Counted from the first letter of the stretch, positions 50,524 to 62,275 are shown. The stretch is DNA of 64,000 nt from an uncultured Gemmatimonadales bacterium (GCA_963850905.1 CAWKMU010000004.1:96001-160000), one strand, 5' to 3'. Program-made: numbers and translations. The notes: generated from the letters alone by a model not told the origin.

Positions 50524-53500
50524 CTCCTAGCCAACAGTAACACGATGGTCACCCGAGTTCCGCTGCCCGCCTGGCTTTGGACACTAATGGTGCCGCCCCA
50601 TCCTTCGACGACGCGTCGGCTCACCGCCAACCCCAACCCGCTCCCACTGGTCCGGGTTGAAAAGCGCGGCTCGAATATGCGAGGCAACACGTTCGCCGGA
50701 ATACCTTCGCCGTCGTCCTCGACGAGAATCAGCGCACGCCCCGGACCGTTGCGCGCGGCGGCGCCAGTGCCGGCTGTCGTCACCTCCGACTCGCCGGGGA
50801 TGACTCGCAGGCGGACGCCGACACGCCTCGCGCCGGCCAGGCGCGCATTCTCCAACACGTTCAACAATACTTCGCGCGCTTCGTCGGCCCGTGCGTGCAC
50901 GACGACCGGTTCGCTGACACCGCTCAATTCCCACACGATGCCGGTCGCCGCGTCGAGGCGCTCGAGCTCCACGACATCTCGCACCACCGGAGCCAGGTCG
51001 GTCGGCTCCGCCGGCGCGCGCTCCGTCGAAACGGACCCGTACTGACTGAATGCACGGGCAATCCGGTCCAACCGATCGATCTCCGCCAGGATGCGACCCG
51101 CATTCTGGTTGAGAATGGTGTCAAAGTCGGTCCGACCCGCGGCTCGCGCTCGCTGCAGATGCTGAATGCCGAGACGGATCGGCGTGAGCGGATTCTTGAT
51201 CTCGTGCGCCACCTGTCGGGCCATCTCCCCCCACGCGAGGACGCGTTGACTCTCGCCGAAGTCAGCAGCCATCCGACGAAACGCGCCGAACACTTGCTCA
51301 AACTCCGCCGGCGGATTGCCGGCCAGATCCGGTTCACGTTCGCCGGCAGCGACGGCGACCGCAGCACGCCGCAACGCCTCGATCGGTCGCGCCAGTTGGC
51401 GCGCCGCCAAGCCGCTCAGCCAGAGCGCGGCCGCGGCGCCGAGCACGACGGAAAACAGGACGAGGATGCCGAGATCGGTGCGTCGCGACTCCACCCCGAT
51501 CTCATCGACCCGGGCGGGCGCGGCGAGGATCGTCTGCTCCTCGAAGGCGCGATACCCGAAGAGCACTGGCGTCCCCGCCAACGCCTGCGGGTGGCTGGTC
51601 CGCACCTCCTTGCCCAAGCCGAGATCCAGCTCGACGTCCGGACGCAGGAACCGTCCGAGCGGCGCGACATCCAGGAAGATGCTGTCGCTCGCCGCGCTCA
51701 ACATGCCATCCTGGTACAAGAGGAGCGGCGTGCCCACTCGATCCGCGTCCGACGGCAACTCTTCCATTCCACCCGTGGCCGCCGCGCGCAGCGTCTGCCA
51801 GACGAGTAGTGCGCGCTCCTCGGCGTCGTCCGAGCGCAGGCGCCGATAGGACCAGACAGCGAACAGCACGGCTGGCACGACGAAGAACATGAACAGCACC
51901 ACGATGAGCTGCGTGCGGTAGCTACGGGCCCATCGCTTGCCCTGCATACGGACCCACCGGGTCAGCACGCCATCGCCCGCAGCGCTGACGATCCAGAGGA
52001 CAAGCACTACGAGCAGATCGGCAACAACCAGGAGCAGCGCGCGCTGCGCGAGCGCATCGAAGGGCCGCAGCGGCACCTCCACGTGCAGTCGGACGGCGCC
52101 GAGATTGCTCGGCACGAGCCAGTCCCCGTGCAGGTCGCTGCCAATGCGTCGCCAGCCAATCGCGCCGAACGTGGATCGTCGCATTTCGTCGAGCGGCAGG
52201 GCCGCGGCTCCGCCGGCGCTCGCGCGCGACGGCGGCACGGCGCCACCCTCCGCGGAGTCGGAGCCCGCTCCACCACTCGTATCGGGGGCAACGCTGGTCT
52301 CGCGCCGCGGCGGGACGAGCTCGAGCGGCGAAATCGAGTACTCGTCGGACGTGGGAGCGTCGGCCGCGAGCCCCACGAGCATGGCGAACGCATTCTCGGT
52401 GAAGAGGCGCGAGGGCGGCGCCACGACCGCAGTCGTCACCTGCCCATCCGCCCCCGGAACCGCGAGTACGAGGCGTACGCCCGGGTAACCCATGATCGAC
52501 GTGAGCACGATGGTCGCGTGGCTCCGCGCCGTCTCGACAACCAATGCGATCGCGCCAGAATCACGATCAAAGCGCGCGAGCGCGAGCGAGGCCCACTCGC
52601 CTTGTTCCGGCGACCAGAGACCGAGCCTCACCGGATATGCAGCGGCGGCCAGGTCTGAACGCGCAAACATCTTCAGCAAGTCCGCCCGGCTCGTTGGCGC
52701 GGGCTGCGAGGCGATCTCCCCAGCCAATCGCTCGAGCAGCACCACCTGCATGGGGTCTGGGGTCATGAGGCCGGCGAGGTCGTGCTCCGCCAGCAGGGCG
52801 CGCTTGTCAGCCGTGGTCGACCAGATGATGACCGCGGACGCAAGTGAGGCGACGACGGCCGGCGGCACCACGGCCCACCGCGTGCGACGGGTGAATGCGG
52901 CTGCGAGCGCGGCAGCACACCACAGGAGTTGATAGGGGGCCGGCCAACCCTGGTTCACGCGCCATAAGACCGGCGCCAGCGCTGCCGCCGCGACAGCCAA
53001 AACGATAGGTATGACGGGGGGAAGCCCGCGCAGAGAGCCGATCCCGCCGTGTGCGGCAACGGCCGCTCCCACCAGCAACGCTGTCGTCACCAGCGCCAAG
53101 GCAATCTGCCAGCCCACCCAGAGCAGGAGCGACACCGCCGCCCCTGGCGGCGTGATACCGCCCGCCACCTGGCGGAGAGCGACGAGCGCCCCAATGCTCG
53201 TGACCACCGCCGCAAATAGCGCCAGCCAGCGCGGCCGCACCCGGAAACGCGCACGAGCCACAGCAAGCGCCGCAAGCAAGACGATCACGCCGGTCACGCC
53301 AAGCGCGCCGACGCTCGCAGTGTACGGCCCACCGACCGGCGAAAAGAAATAGGTGGGATCGAACAGCCGGCTCGCGTTGGAGAACGTGTTGAGAGGCACG
53401 ATGGCCAAGGCGACCAGTGGCGTCGCGAGCGCCAGCATGCGGCGCCCCCACATCGTCGCCCGCGGTCGCCACTCCGCGATCACGAACGCGAGCATGGCGA

Positions 53501-54416
53501 CGGCAATCACGAGAGCCCCTCGACTGGTGACTCGTTCCGCCGCACTCACACGCGCCTGGTCACTCGTTGGCGTCACGGCTCGAAGCGTGACGAGCGGGAC
53601 GTCGTCGACGGTCAACGTGGTCCCGGGGTCCGGCCCCAGCAGCTGGCGATCGACCAGCAATGGGATGGAGACAGCGAAGCTGTCGACATCCGTCCGGGCA
53701 GCGACGTCGGCATCGAGCGGATCGGACAGTCGGTCCGCCGGCGGGTCCGCGTGTAAGACAGCCGTTGCGATCGCGCGGTCCTGGCCGCGAGCCACAGTGG
53801 CCTGGAGCACGGTGTAGAACGACGAGCGGATGACCGCGAACGCCGAACCGCTGGAGTCGATGGGCGCGCTGATACGTCCGGCCCACGCGACCGGTGTCCC
53901 GGCGCGGTAGAGAACGATCCCACGGTCGCCGGGCCCGCGGGCCAGGGGCGCTATCCAGCTGAACGCGGCTGCCGGCGACGCGGGCGCGTCCAGCGCCCTG
54001 GTCGCATCGCCTGCGAGACTCCGCGTCAGACGCGTCAACTCGTCGTGCATCACCACCGTCGCCCGCGACGCAATATCGGCTTCGGTGGCTGGCCAGGCGT
54101 GTTCAATCTTCGCGAGTGTCCACTGCCCGGCAGCGGCCAAAACGCAGAAGCCGAGGAGCGCCACCGCAGTGAGCCGCGCGCCGATTCGCCGGCGCCCGAC
54201 CGATTGCGCGACGGTCGCCACTGTGGCGGCACTGCACACCGCGAGGTAAGGTACGGCGGGGTCACGCAGCCACGCGGTGCCTGATAGCAAGGCGATCGCG
54301 GTGCTGGCGGTCCACCAAAACGTAAGAGGGCGGGCTGCTGTCTCGTTCGGCGTGCCGGACGGCGCCACTGGTGCCGTGTGCGCGTCAGCCGGCGGCTCGA
54401 AGCCCGCGACTCTCAT
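50520..54416 (-). CDS. Large multi-TM sensor histidine kinase, NtrY-like transmitter (start uncertain)
   Basis: HAMP; WGEMARQVAHEIKNPLTP; N box LENA; DDGEG; FST..GSGLGL. Confidence 0.92.
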   Translation of the reverse strand: MRVAGFEPPADAHTAPVAPSGTPNETAARPLTFWWTASTAIALLSGTAWLRDPAVPYLAVCSAATVATVAQSVGRRRIGARLTAVALLGFCVLAAAGQWTLAKIEHAWPATEADIASRATVVMHDELTRLTRSLAGDATRALDAPASPAAAFSWIAPLARGPGDRGIVLYRAGTPVAWAGRISAPIDSSGSAFAVIRSSFYTVLQATVARGQDRAIATAVLHADPPADRLSDPLDADVAARTDVDSFAVSIPLLVDRQLLGPDPGTTLTVDDVPLVTLRAVTPTSDQARVSAAERVTSRGALVIAVAMLAFVIAEWRPRATMWGRRMLALATPLVALAIVPLNTFSNASRLFDPTYFFSPVGGPYTASVGALGVTGVIVLLAALAVARARFRVRPRWLALFAAVVTSIGALVALRQVAGGITPPGAAVSLLLWVGWQIALALVTTALLVGAAVAAHGGIGSLRGLPPVIPIVLAVAAAALAPVLWRVNQGWPAPYQLLWCAAALAAAFTRRTRWAVVPPAVVASLASAVIIWSTTADKRALLAEHDLAGLMTPDPMQVVLLERLAGEIASQPAPTSRADLLKMFARSDLAAAAYPVRLGLWSPEQGEWASLALARFDRDSGAIALVVETARSHATIVLTSIMGYPGVRLVLAVPGADGQVTTAVVAPPSRLFTENAFAMLVGLAADAPTSDEYSISPLELVPPRRETSVAPDTSGGAGSDSAEGGAVPPSRASAGGAAALPLDEMRRSTFGAIGWRRIGSDLHGDWLVPSNLGAVRLHVEVPLRPFDALAQRALLLVVADLLVVLVLWIVSAAGDGVLTRWVRMQGKRWARSYRTQLIVVLFMFFVVPAVLFAVWSYRRLRSDDAEERALLVWQTLRAAATGGMEELPSDADRVGTPLLLYQDGMLSAASDSIFLDVAPLGRFLRPDVELDLGLGKEVRTSHPQALAGTPVLFGYRAFEEQTILAAPARVDEIGVESRRTDLGILVLFSVVLGAAAALWLSGLAARQLARPIEALRRAAVAVAAGEREPDLAGNPPAEFEQVFGAFRRMAADFGESQRVLAWGEMARQVAHEIKNPLTPIRLGIQHLQRARAAGRTDFDTILNQNAGRILAEIDRLDRIARAFSQYGSVSTERAPAEPTDLAPVVRDVVELERLDAATGIVWELSGVSEPVVVHARADEAREVLLNVLENARLAGARRVGVRLRVIPGESEVTTAGTGAAARNGPGRALILVEDDGEGIPANVLPRIFEPRFSTRTSGSGLGLAVSRRVVEGWGGTISVQSQAGSGTRVTIVLLLARR

Positions 54417-54429
54417 GCGACGATCAGGA

Positions 54430-55149
54430 ATGGCCACTCCGCAGCGACTGAAGTCTCTCCAACCGGAACGCATCGCCGCAGCGGTCGCCGCCGACCCGCG
54501 GCTGATCGTGCCGGTTGGAACCTGCGACATGCACGCTCCGCACTTGCCGTTGGGCTGCGACACGATGCTCGTCGACCGATTGGCCGACGACCTGTCCGCC
54601 GAATTCGGCATCTTGCGGGCGCCCACCATCGAATACGGCGCGAGCAATGCGGCGACGCATGGATCCGCCGGCCCTGGCTGCGTCCGGAAGAAGACCCTGC
54701 ACCTGCTCCTCAACGATCTGCTGGCGTCGTGGGAACAGGCCGGTGTGCGCGAGTTCGTGCTCCTGACAGCTAACGGCGACGATGCACATCAGGAGGCCCT
54801 CGCAACGGTGATGACCATCGATGCCCGCGTGCGCGTCGTCGACGCGGCACGAGCGGGGGCAGGCGCGCCAGCCACCGGGCTGACTGGGTGGCCCCGCGGC
54901 GGCGAAGCGGAAACATCGCTCATGTTGTATTTGGCTCCGCACCTCGTGGATCTGCGCTTGGCGCAGGATAATACCCCGCAGCCTTCCGTACGGCGACCAA
55001 ATCGCTGGGGGCGCTCACGCGCCCGCACGGGCGAGTTGCCGCCAGAGGGGGTCGATGCGGCGTCCGCGGCGAAGGGGGAGGTGTTGTACCGGAGGCTGCG
55101 GGAACGCATCGCCGAGCAGATTTTCCGGTCCCCGCGCGTGGTGGACTAG
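54430..55149 (+). CDS. Creatininase family protein
   Basis: VPVG...HAPHLPLGCD, APTIEYG, GEAETSLM, ASAAKGE. Confidence 0.82.
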   Translation: MATPQRLKSLQPERIAAAVAADPRLIVPVGTCDMHAPHLPLGCDTMLVDRLADDLSAEFGILRAPTIEYGASNAATHGSAGPGCVRKKTLHLLLNDLLASWEQAGVREFVLLTANGDDAHQEALATVMTIDARVRVVDAARAGAGAPATGLTGWPRGGEAETSLMLYLAPHLVDLRLAQDNTPQPSVRRPNRWGRSRARTGELPPEGVDAASAAKGEVLYRRLRERIAEQIFRSPRVVD

Positions 55150-55167
55150 CACAACCGGACGCGCCGA

Positions 55168-55920
55168 TTGCGCCTCGTGCTCGCAGGTCTGCTGATGGCA
55201 ATCGCAGCACCGGCTCGCCGTCCGGGCACGCTGCGCCCTGGAGTCGGCATGGCCGCGGGACGCTCCACGCCTGCGCAAGCCCCGGTCGACGACGCCGGCA
55301 GCTTTACGATCCTGCAGGCCGGGGTCAAGGTCGGGCGCGAGGTTTTCACCATCCAGCAAACACCTCCGCCGGACGCGGGATATGTCGTCCAGGGCTCAGC
55401 CGTGTACGTGACGCGCCGCCTGGTCCCGGTCCTGCGAACGGATTCCGCGGGAACACCGCTCCGGTACGAACTAAATGAATTCGTAGGTGACCGCCGGCAG
55501 GCGCAGTTGATGCTGAACGTGGCACGCGGGCGAGGCAGCGAGCGTACCCAGACCCGCGGCGGCGAGTCGGCCAAGGAGTTCCGGGTCGGAGTCGGCGCGC
55601 GCCTGCTTGATGATGATGTCTTTGCGCAGTACTACTTCATCGCGCGCGCGATGGTGCACGCGCAGCCGCTCACCCCTGGGCGGGCAATGGTGATGACCCT
55701 CCTGGTCCCTCGGAGGGGAGGTACCGTTGCGGCGCCGGTTTCGATCATCGGCAACGAACATCTCGATATCGGCGGACAGAGCCGTACAGCAGTGCATATG
55801 CGTATTGACCCCCCTGGAGGGGAGCCCCGCGATATCTGGGCAGACACACAAGGCCGTCTGCTGCGAGTCGCCATCCCCGCGCGCGGCCTCCTGGCCGTTC
55901 GCGACGACGTGCCCTCCTGA
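55168..55920 (+). CDS. Exported hypothetical beta-rich protein
   Basis: Signal-like N-terminus; VGREVF; DIWADTQGRLLRVAIP. Confidence 0.7.
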   Translation: MRLVLAGLLMAIAAPARRPGTLRPGVGMAAGRSTPAQAPVDDAGSFTILQAGVKVGREVFTIQQTPPPDAGYVVQGSAVYVTRRLVPVLRTDSAGTPLRYELNEFVGDRRQAQLMLNVARGRGSERTQTRGGESAKEFRVGVGARLLDDDVFAQYYFIARAMVHAQPLTPGRAMVMTLLVPRRGGTVAAPVSIIGNEHLDIGGQSRTAVHMRIDPPGGEPRDIWADTQGRLLRVAIPARGLLAVRDDVPS

Positions 55921-56016
55921 CCCTCCCCGGGGCCGCCTGAAACCGGTGACCGTGCCTTTGCGTAGGGCGGCTCAGCCGGGCGGGGCAACTGGGTCCCGCC
56001 CATCGATGGACTAACA

Positions 56017-57559
56017 ATGATGCGACCGTTCATATTCTTCGCGACACTCTGGGTTGCGGCGACGCCTCTGGCGGCGCAGCAGACCTCCGCCGCGCGCGTC
56101 GGTGCTGCGCCGACCCCCGATAGCACGCGAGCCTCCGCGCCTGACTCGACCGGCCCGGTCCTGACGCTTGGCGACGCTCTGCGTGTAGCGCGCCAGAACA
56201 ACCCGACCTTCCTTCAGAGCGTGGAGGCGCGACAGCTCGCCGGCGCCAATGTACGGATGGCCTACGGGCAGCTCCTGCCCCAACTGAACGCGCAACTCCT
56301 CGGCCTCTATCAGCAGGGCGGACAGCAGGTCACCAGCGGCAGCTTCCTGGGCGCCAGCGCCGACTATATGTACTCGCAATACGGGCTGAACCTCAGCTAC
56401 ACGCTGAACGCGGCGAGTCTCCTCACGCCGGCTTATGCAAAGGCGTCGAGGGATGCCGCGGAAGCCGACGTCGCGGGGCAGGCCGAAACTCTCGAGAGTG
56501 GTGTGGCTCAACAGTACGTGACCGTGCTGGAGGACCAGGCCAAGGCGGCACTCCAGGACACGCTCGTCGCCGATGACCAGGCGCAGCTGGATCTGTCCAA
56601 GGCCAAGGTTGCAGTCGGAAGCGCGACGATCCTCGACCAGCAGCGGGCGGCCGTCACACTGGGACAGCAGCAGGTGCAAGCCCTTCAGGCACACAACCTG
56701 GTCGACATCGACAAACTGCGGCTGTTCCAACAGTTGGGAGTGAACCAGCCGCCCGGCGTTCGCCTTGTGGATGCGTTCGCCGTCACGATGCCGCCGTTCA
56801 CGCTCGACAGCGTGATGAACCTCGCTCGTCGCGCGAACCCGCAGATGAACGCGCTTCGAGCCCGCACCCATGCAGCGGACGTCGGCGTCCATAGGGCCAA
56901 CGGCCTTTACACGCCGCAACTTCAGATCACCACCGGCATCGGCGGCCAGACATACAATTATACGAACGACACTCCGCTCATCGGCGAGTACCAAGCGGCG
57001 CTGGCCCAGCAATACGGGTCCTGTCTGACGCTCGATTCGATCGGCTTGGCTGCCCACCTGCCCTCACGCAATTGCGGATCGTCCACACTCACGCCGGCGC
57101 AGATCGCGGGCATTAAGGCGAGTAACCGCCAGCTGCTCACCGGGTTTCCGTTCGCCTTTCAGAACATTCCGCGGTCGGTGCAAGCGTTCGTCACGCTGCC
57201 GATCTTCGATGGCTTCCAGCGCGAGCAGCATGTCGAGCAAGCGGAAGTAGACCGGGAGAACGCACGGTACAATGAGCGGGCTCGCGACCTCCAATTGACG
57301 GCCGACGTGACGAGCGCGTACCTCACGCTCACGACGTCCGTTCGCACTGTCGACATCCAGGAACAGAACGCCGGCGCCGCGCGCCAGGCGCTCTCGCTGG
57401 CCGAAGAGCGTTACCGCGTAGGGGCAGCCACGTTCCTCGATGTCACCGACGCCCGCGCCGCCTTCGAGCGTGCCGAAAACGATCGCATCTCTGCGGTGTA
57501 CGACTACCACAAGGCGTTCGCCGCGCTTGGAAAGCGCTGTCGGCCGACCCCTCCGATGA
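56017..57559 (+). CDS. TolC family outer-membrane efflux protein (indel near 57527)
   Basis: Signal peptide, OEP repeats, LPIFDGF, AEERYRVG. Corrected end [14 protein letters not shown]. Confidence 0.9.
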
Positions 57560-58946
57560 CCATGTCAACGCCCTCCTCACATTCCCCGGCGGCTCGCACA
57601 CCCGACGCCCGCCCGGACACAGGATCCCGTATGACACCACGCACCAAATGGTCTATCGTCGGAGCCATCGCCGTCGTCGCCCTCGTCGCTGGGGTGGCCG
57701 TTGCCGCCACGCGCGGCCCCAAGAGTGTGGCCGTCCGCATCGAGTCGGTCGGTCGACGGGACCTCGTGGCCTCGGTCACGGCCAGCGGCCAGGTCGAGCC
57801 GCATACCAAGGTCGACATGAGTGCCGACATTTCCGGCCGCATCATCACACTCGCGGTGAAAGAAGGCCAAAACGTGGAGAAGGGTCAGCTGTTGGTGCAG
57901 ATCGACCCGGCGACGTATCAGGCCGCGGTGGAGCGATCGCGCGCTGCCCTCGCCGCCGCCAATGCCCAGGCGCTGCAGGCCGCAGCGAACGCCGACCAGG
58001 CGCAACACAACTACGATCGGTCAGCCGCCATCAAGAAGAGCAATGCCGCTGCTCATCTCGGACGAGCAGCTCGAGCAGCTGCGGACGGCGCTCGACGTCG
58101 CCCAGGCGCCTCGGCCCAGGCGGCGCGCGACCAGGTCGATCAGGCCGCGGCCGCGTTGCGAGACGACGAGAGTTCCCTCAGCAAGACGACCATTCGCGCA
58201 CCTATGGCCGGAAAGGTCACGCGCCTCGCCGTCGAGCAGGGCGAGACGGCGATCCAGGGCACGCTGAACAAGGACGCCGCGACGCTGCTCACAATCAGCG
58301 ACATGAGCGTCCTCGAGACCAAGGTCAAGGTCGACGAGACCGACGTCGCGCATATCCAGGTCGGCGATACCGCCGCCATCCAGCTCGACGCGTTCCCCGA
58401 CACGGTCTTTCGCGGCCGCGTGACGAAGATCGCCAACAGCGCCATGAAGAGCGCCGCCGCCTCGCAAGGGGACAACAACAACAGTGCGACGACCGACCAG
58501 GCCGTCGACTATCAGGTCACCATTCAGCTGCTCAATCCACCGCGTGACACGCGACCCGACTTTCTCGGCCACCGCGAAGATCATCACCGACACGCGGAGC
58601 AACGTGTTGGCGATTCCGATCATTGCGCTCACAGTGCGCGACAACCAGGCGTTGCCACAGCGGGGATACCGCGGGCGTCACCATCGGGCGGACAGCGACG
58701 CCGACGAAACAGGTCGGCAAGCGAGACGTCGAGGGTGTATTCGTCGTCGGCGCGGACAACAAAGTCACCTTCCGGCCGGTGAAGGTCGGCATCGCGGGTG
58801 AGACGTACTTCGAGGTCCTGACCGGCCTCCGGCCGAATGAACGAATCGTTGGCGGCACCTATCAGGCGATTCGCGACCTCAAGGACGGTACCCTCGTGCA
58901 CGAGGCGAAGCCCGAACCGACGGCGGCGGCACAGTTCAAGTCATGA
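57556..58946 (+). CDS. MacA-like periplasmic adaptor, with frameshifts
   Basis: TM anchor, [29 protein letters not shown]-terminal pieces in other frames. Confidence 0.88.
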
Positions 58947-59773
58947 CCGACCAATCGCTGGTCGCGGACGAGTCGGAAACGATCGCGCTCAGCACCACCG
59001 CTGAGCGCCGAGCGGTCGTCGCGCAGACCGGAGTCGTTCCGGACGAGGACTGGGTCATCGTCGCGCGTGGGCTCCGCCGCGAGTACGACATGGGGGGCGA
59101 GATCGTGCGCGCCCTCCGCGGCGTCGACCTCGCCATCCGGCGGAATGAATACGTCGCGATCATGGGGCCGTCAGGCTCCGGCAAGTCGACGCTCATGAAC
59201 CTGATCGGGTGCCTCGATACCCCGACCGCGGGCGAATACTGGCTGAACGGCGTCCAGGTCAGTCACATGTCCGACAACGAGCTCGCGCGCATCCGAAACC
59301 GGGAGATCGGTTTCGTGTTCCAGACGTTCAATCTGCTGGCGCGCGCGACCGCGCTCCACAACGTCGAGTTGCCGCTCGTCTACGCTGGCGTGCCGGCCGC
59401 GGAGCGTCGCGCGCGCGCCATTGAGGCCCTCGAGTCGGTCCAGCTCGGCGATCGCGTGCTCCACCGGCCCAACGAGCTCTCCGGTGGTCAGCGGCAGCGC
59501 GTTGCGATCGCCCGGGCACTCGTCAATCGCCCCTCCATCCTGCTAGCCGATGAACCGACCGGGAATCTCGATTCGGCAACGTCGGACGAGATCATGCGGG
59601 TGTTCGGCGAGCTCGCGAGCCACGGACAGACCGTGATCATGGTGACCCATGAAGCCGACATTGCGGCGCATGCACGGCGCGTGGTCGTGCTGCGCGACGG
59701 CGGGGTGGCCAGCGATACCCGCCGCGATTCGGTGGCCGCTCGTATCGCGTTCGCCCCTCCAGCCGTCGCCTGA
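58943..59773 (+). CDS. MacB/LolD-type ABC ATPase
   Basis: [38 protein letters not shown]. Confidence 0.95.
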   Translation: MTDQSLVADESETIALSTTAERRAVVAQTGVVPDEDWVIVARGLRREYDMGGEIVRALRGVDLAIRRNEYVAIMGPSGSGKSTLMNLIGCLDTPTAGEYWLNGVQVSHMSDNELARIRNREIGFVFQTFNLLARATALHNVELPLVYAGVPAAERRARAIEALESVQLGDRVLHRPNELSGGQRQRVAIARALVNRPSILLADEPTGNLDSATSDEIMRVFGELASHGQTVIMVTHEADIAAHARRVVVLRDGGVASDTRRDSVAARIAFAPPAVA

Positions 59774-59776
59774 CCA

Positions 59777-61021
59777 ATGTCGTGGCTCGAGGCGTTTCGA
59801 CTCGCGCTGCAACAAATACGCGTGCAGAAGCTCAAGAGCTTCTTCACGCTGCTGGGTGTGACCATCGGCGTCATGTTCCTCATCGCCGTCGTAGCGGTCG
59901 TCGAGGGCATGGGTCAGTACATGGAACACGACCTGATCGGGAAGCTCATGGCGGTGCACAGTTTCGAGCTCCGCAGCTTTCCCGACATCAACATCGGCGA
60001 TGAAGACGAGGGCACGTGGATCGAGTACACCCATCGTCCCCGTATCACCGAAGAGGATCTGCACCCGGTCGTCGATGCGCTCCCACCTGGCACGCGGTGG
60101 TACCTGTTCAGCCAGGACCGGCTCGTGGTCCAGTCATCGTATGCCGCGCCTCGTCGGGTGGATGTCTACGCCGTGACAGGGGATTACTTCAACATCAAGA
60201 GTCTGGGCGTCGTCAGCGGCCGCGTATTCACGGACCAGGAGCTCGAGTCTGGCAGCCTCGTCGCCGTCATTGGGCAGGACATCAAGAGTCACTTTTTCCC
60301 GACGGTCGACCCGATGGGCCACACGATCCGCATGGGTGGAATCCCGTACACGATCGTCGGCATCGCCGAGAAACAGGGCAGCGTCTTTGGCCAGTCGTTG
60401 GATCGATTCGTGATCGCGCCGTATCGGGCGCCGGTCCACCGGCTGCTGAACCGCGAGCGCGGGGTGGTCGATGCGATCGTGGTGCAAGCGGTCAGCGACC
60501 AGGTGATGGCGGACGCCCAGGAGCGAGTCCGACAGGTCATGCGCACGCGCCACCACCTGCGCCCCGCTCAGAAAGACAACTTCTCCGAGCAGACACCGGC
60601 GTCCGCGCTCGCCTTCTGGCAAAAGATCCAGTCGTACCTGGTATTCGCCGCGATCGTGCTGCCTGCGATCGGGCTGGTCGTCGGCGCGATCGTCATCATG
60701 AACATCATGCTCGTGGCGGTCGCGGAACGGACCAGGGAAATCGGGATCCGCAAGTCGCTGGGCGCGCGGCGCAGCGACATCCTGGCGCAGTTCCTCATCG
60801 AGGCCGGGACCCTCAGCACACTCGGCGCGGTCGTCGGCATTGGACTGGGAGTGCTGGTTGCGTTCGTCGTGCGCCATACGACATTCATGCCCGTGTACAT
60901 CGTTCCGTGGTCGATCGGCGTGGCCGTTGCAGTCGGCGCCGGAGTCGGGATCATCTCCGGCGTCTACCCGGCGAGTCGCGCGGCGCGACTCGATCCGATC
61001 ACCGCGCTCCGGCAGGAGTGA
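59777..61021 (+). CDS. MacB/FtsX-type ABC permease
   Basis: TLLGVTIG, IMNIMLVAVAERTREIGIRK, YPASRAARLDPI. Confidence 0.94.
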   Translation: MSWLEAFRLALQQIRVQKLKSFFTLLGVTIGVMFLIAVVAVVEGMGQYMEHDLIGKLMAVHSFELRSFPDINIGDEDEGTWIEYTHRPRITEEDLHPVVDALPPGTRWYLFSQDRLVVQSSYAAPRRVDVYAVTGDYFNIKSLGVVSGRVFTDQELESGSLVAVIGQDIKSHFFPTVDPMGHTIRMGGIPYTIVGIAEKQGSVFGQSLDRFVIAPYRAPVHRLLNRERGVVDAIVVQAVSDQVMADAQERVRQVMRTRHHLRPAQKDNFSEQTPASALAFWQKIQSYLVFAAIVLPAIGLVVGAIVIMNIMLVAVAERTREIGIRKSLGARRSDILAQFLIEAGTLSTLGAVVGIGLGVLVAFVVRHTTFMPVYIVPWSIGVAVAVGAGVGIISGVYPASRAARLDPITALRQE

Positions 61022-61024
61022 TCG

Positions 61025-62275
61025 GTGGCGTTCCGTGTGCGCGGGAGCGCCATATTTGAGGGCGTCGCCATCGCCGTCGACGCGTTGCGCGCCAACAAGG
61101 TGCGGGCAGGCCTCACGATCCTCGGTATCTCGGTCGGCGTGTTTGTGGTCGTTGCGATGGAAGCGGCCATCAACGGGATCAATACCAGTGTCGCTCGCGA
61201 TATCGAGTCTGCGGGGGCGACCACGTTCTTCCTGCAACGCTACCCACTCGTGTTCACGGACTGCGATGGTAGCGATGAGCAATGCCCGTGGCGCCACAAC
61301 CCGCCGTTGCGCCTTGCCGAGGCCGATCGGCTGGCGGAGGTGCCATCGCTGGCCGGCGTCACGGCGGAGATCGATTGGTCGGCGGCCTTCAAGTACGCCG
61401 ACCACCGCCTCCGCTCCGCCGAGCTCAGGGGCTACACCCCTGACTGGCCACGCACCGACGGCGGGGACATCTATCCGGGACGCTCCTTCACGCCGCAGGA
61501 GAACGCGAGCGGCGCGCAGGTCGTGCTGATCAACGACCGGATGGCGACCAACCTGTTTCAGGACCGAGATCCCCTCGGGAAAACCATCTTCATCGACAAC
61601 AGCCCGTTCCAGGTGATCGGCCTGTATCACTACAAGGCGAGCTTCCTGACTGGGGGCGATCGGGCGGTCGCCATCATCCCCATGCAGACCTTGGTGCGGC
61701 ACTTTCCGGTCTGGATGGGTTGGGCCAGCTTCATCATCAAGCCGCGAGAAGGGGTCGGCCGCGACGAGGCGATCGACGATGTGGTCGCGACGATGCGGGG
61801 CACCCGCGGCCTCCGTCCCGCAGCGCCCAACGACTTCTACGTGCTGACCCAGGACCGGCTGTTCGAGGTCTATAACAAATTCTTCGGTGTCATGTTCCTG
61901 GTGGTGCTGGTCCTCGCGTCGGTCGGTCTGATGGTCGGCGGTGTGGGCGTGATCGCGATCATGATGATCAGCGTCACCGAGCGGACCCGCGAGATCGGCG
62001 TCCGCAAGGCATTGGGTGCGACCAAGCTCGTCATCCTGTGGCAGTTCCTCGTCGAGTCGATCACGTTGACGGGCATCGGTGTCGTGATTGGTCTGGTGAC
62101 AGGCTGGGGTCTGGCAGCCATTGTGCGTCTCGCCACACCGGTTGCGGCATCGGTACCGCCGATCGCTGTCGTCTTGGCGCTCGCGAGCAGCGTGCTGACC
62201 GGGATCCTGTTTGGGATTTACCCGGCGTTTCGCGCGGCGCGCCTCGACCCCGTCGTCGCCCTCCGCCACGAATGA
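61025..62275 (+). CDS. MacB/FtsX-type ABC permease (second paralogue)
   Basis: LTILGISVG, SVTERTREIGVRKALGA, YPAFRAARLDP. Confidence 0.94.
   Translation: MAFRVRGSAIFEGVAIAVDALRANKVRAGLTILGISVGVFVVVAMEAAINGINTSVARDIESAGATTFFLQRYPLVFTDCDGSDEQCPWRHNPPLRLAEADRLAEVPSLAGVTAEIDWSAAFKYADHRLRSAELRGYTPDWPRTDGGDIYPGRSFTPQENASGAQVVLINDRMATNLFQDRDPLGKTIFIDNSPFQVIGLYHYKASFLTGGDRAVAIIPMQTLVRHFPVWMGWASFIIKPREGVGRDEAIDDVVATMRGTRGLRPAAPNDFYVLTQDRLFEVYNKFFGVMFLVVLVLASVGLMVGGVGVIAIMMISVTERTREIGVRKALGATKLVILWQFLVESITLTGIGVVIGLVTGWGLAAIVRLATPVAASVPPIAVVLALASSVLTGILFGIYPAFRAARLDPVVALRHE

Noticed and set aside
56017..58782. 921-aa TolC-adaptor fusion ORF
   Set aside because: A single extra base near 57527 explains it. 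The corrected TolC ends [14 protein letters not shown] overlapping the adaptor ATG, and the adaptor has further indels.
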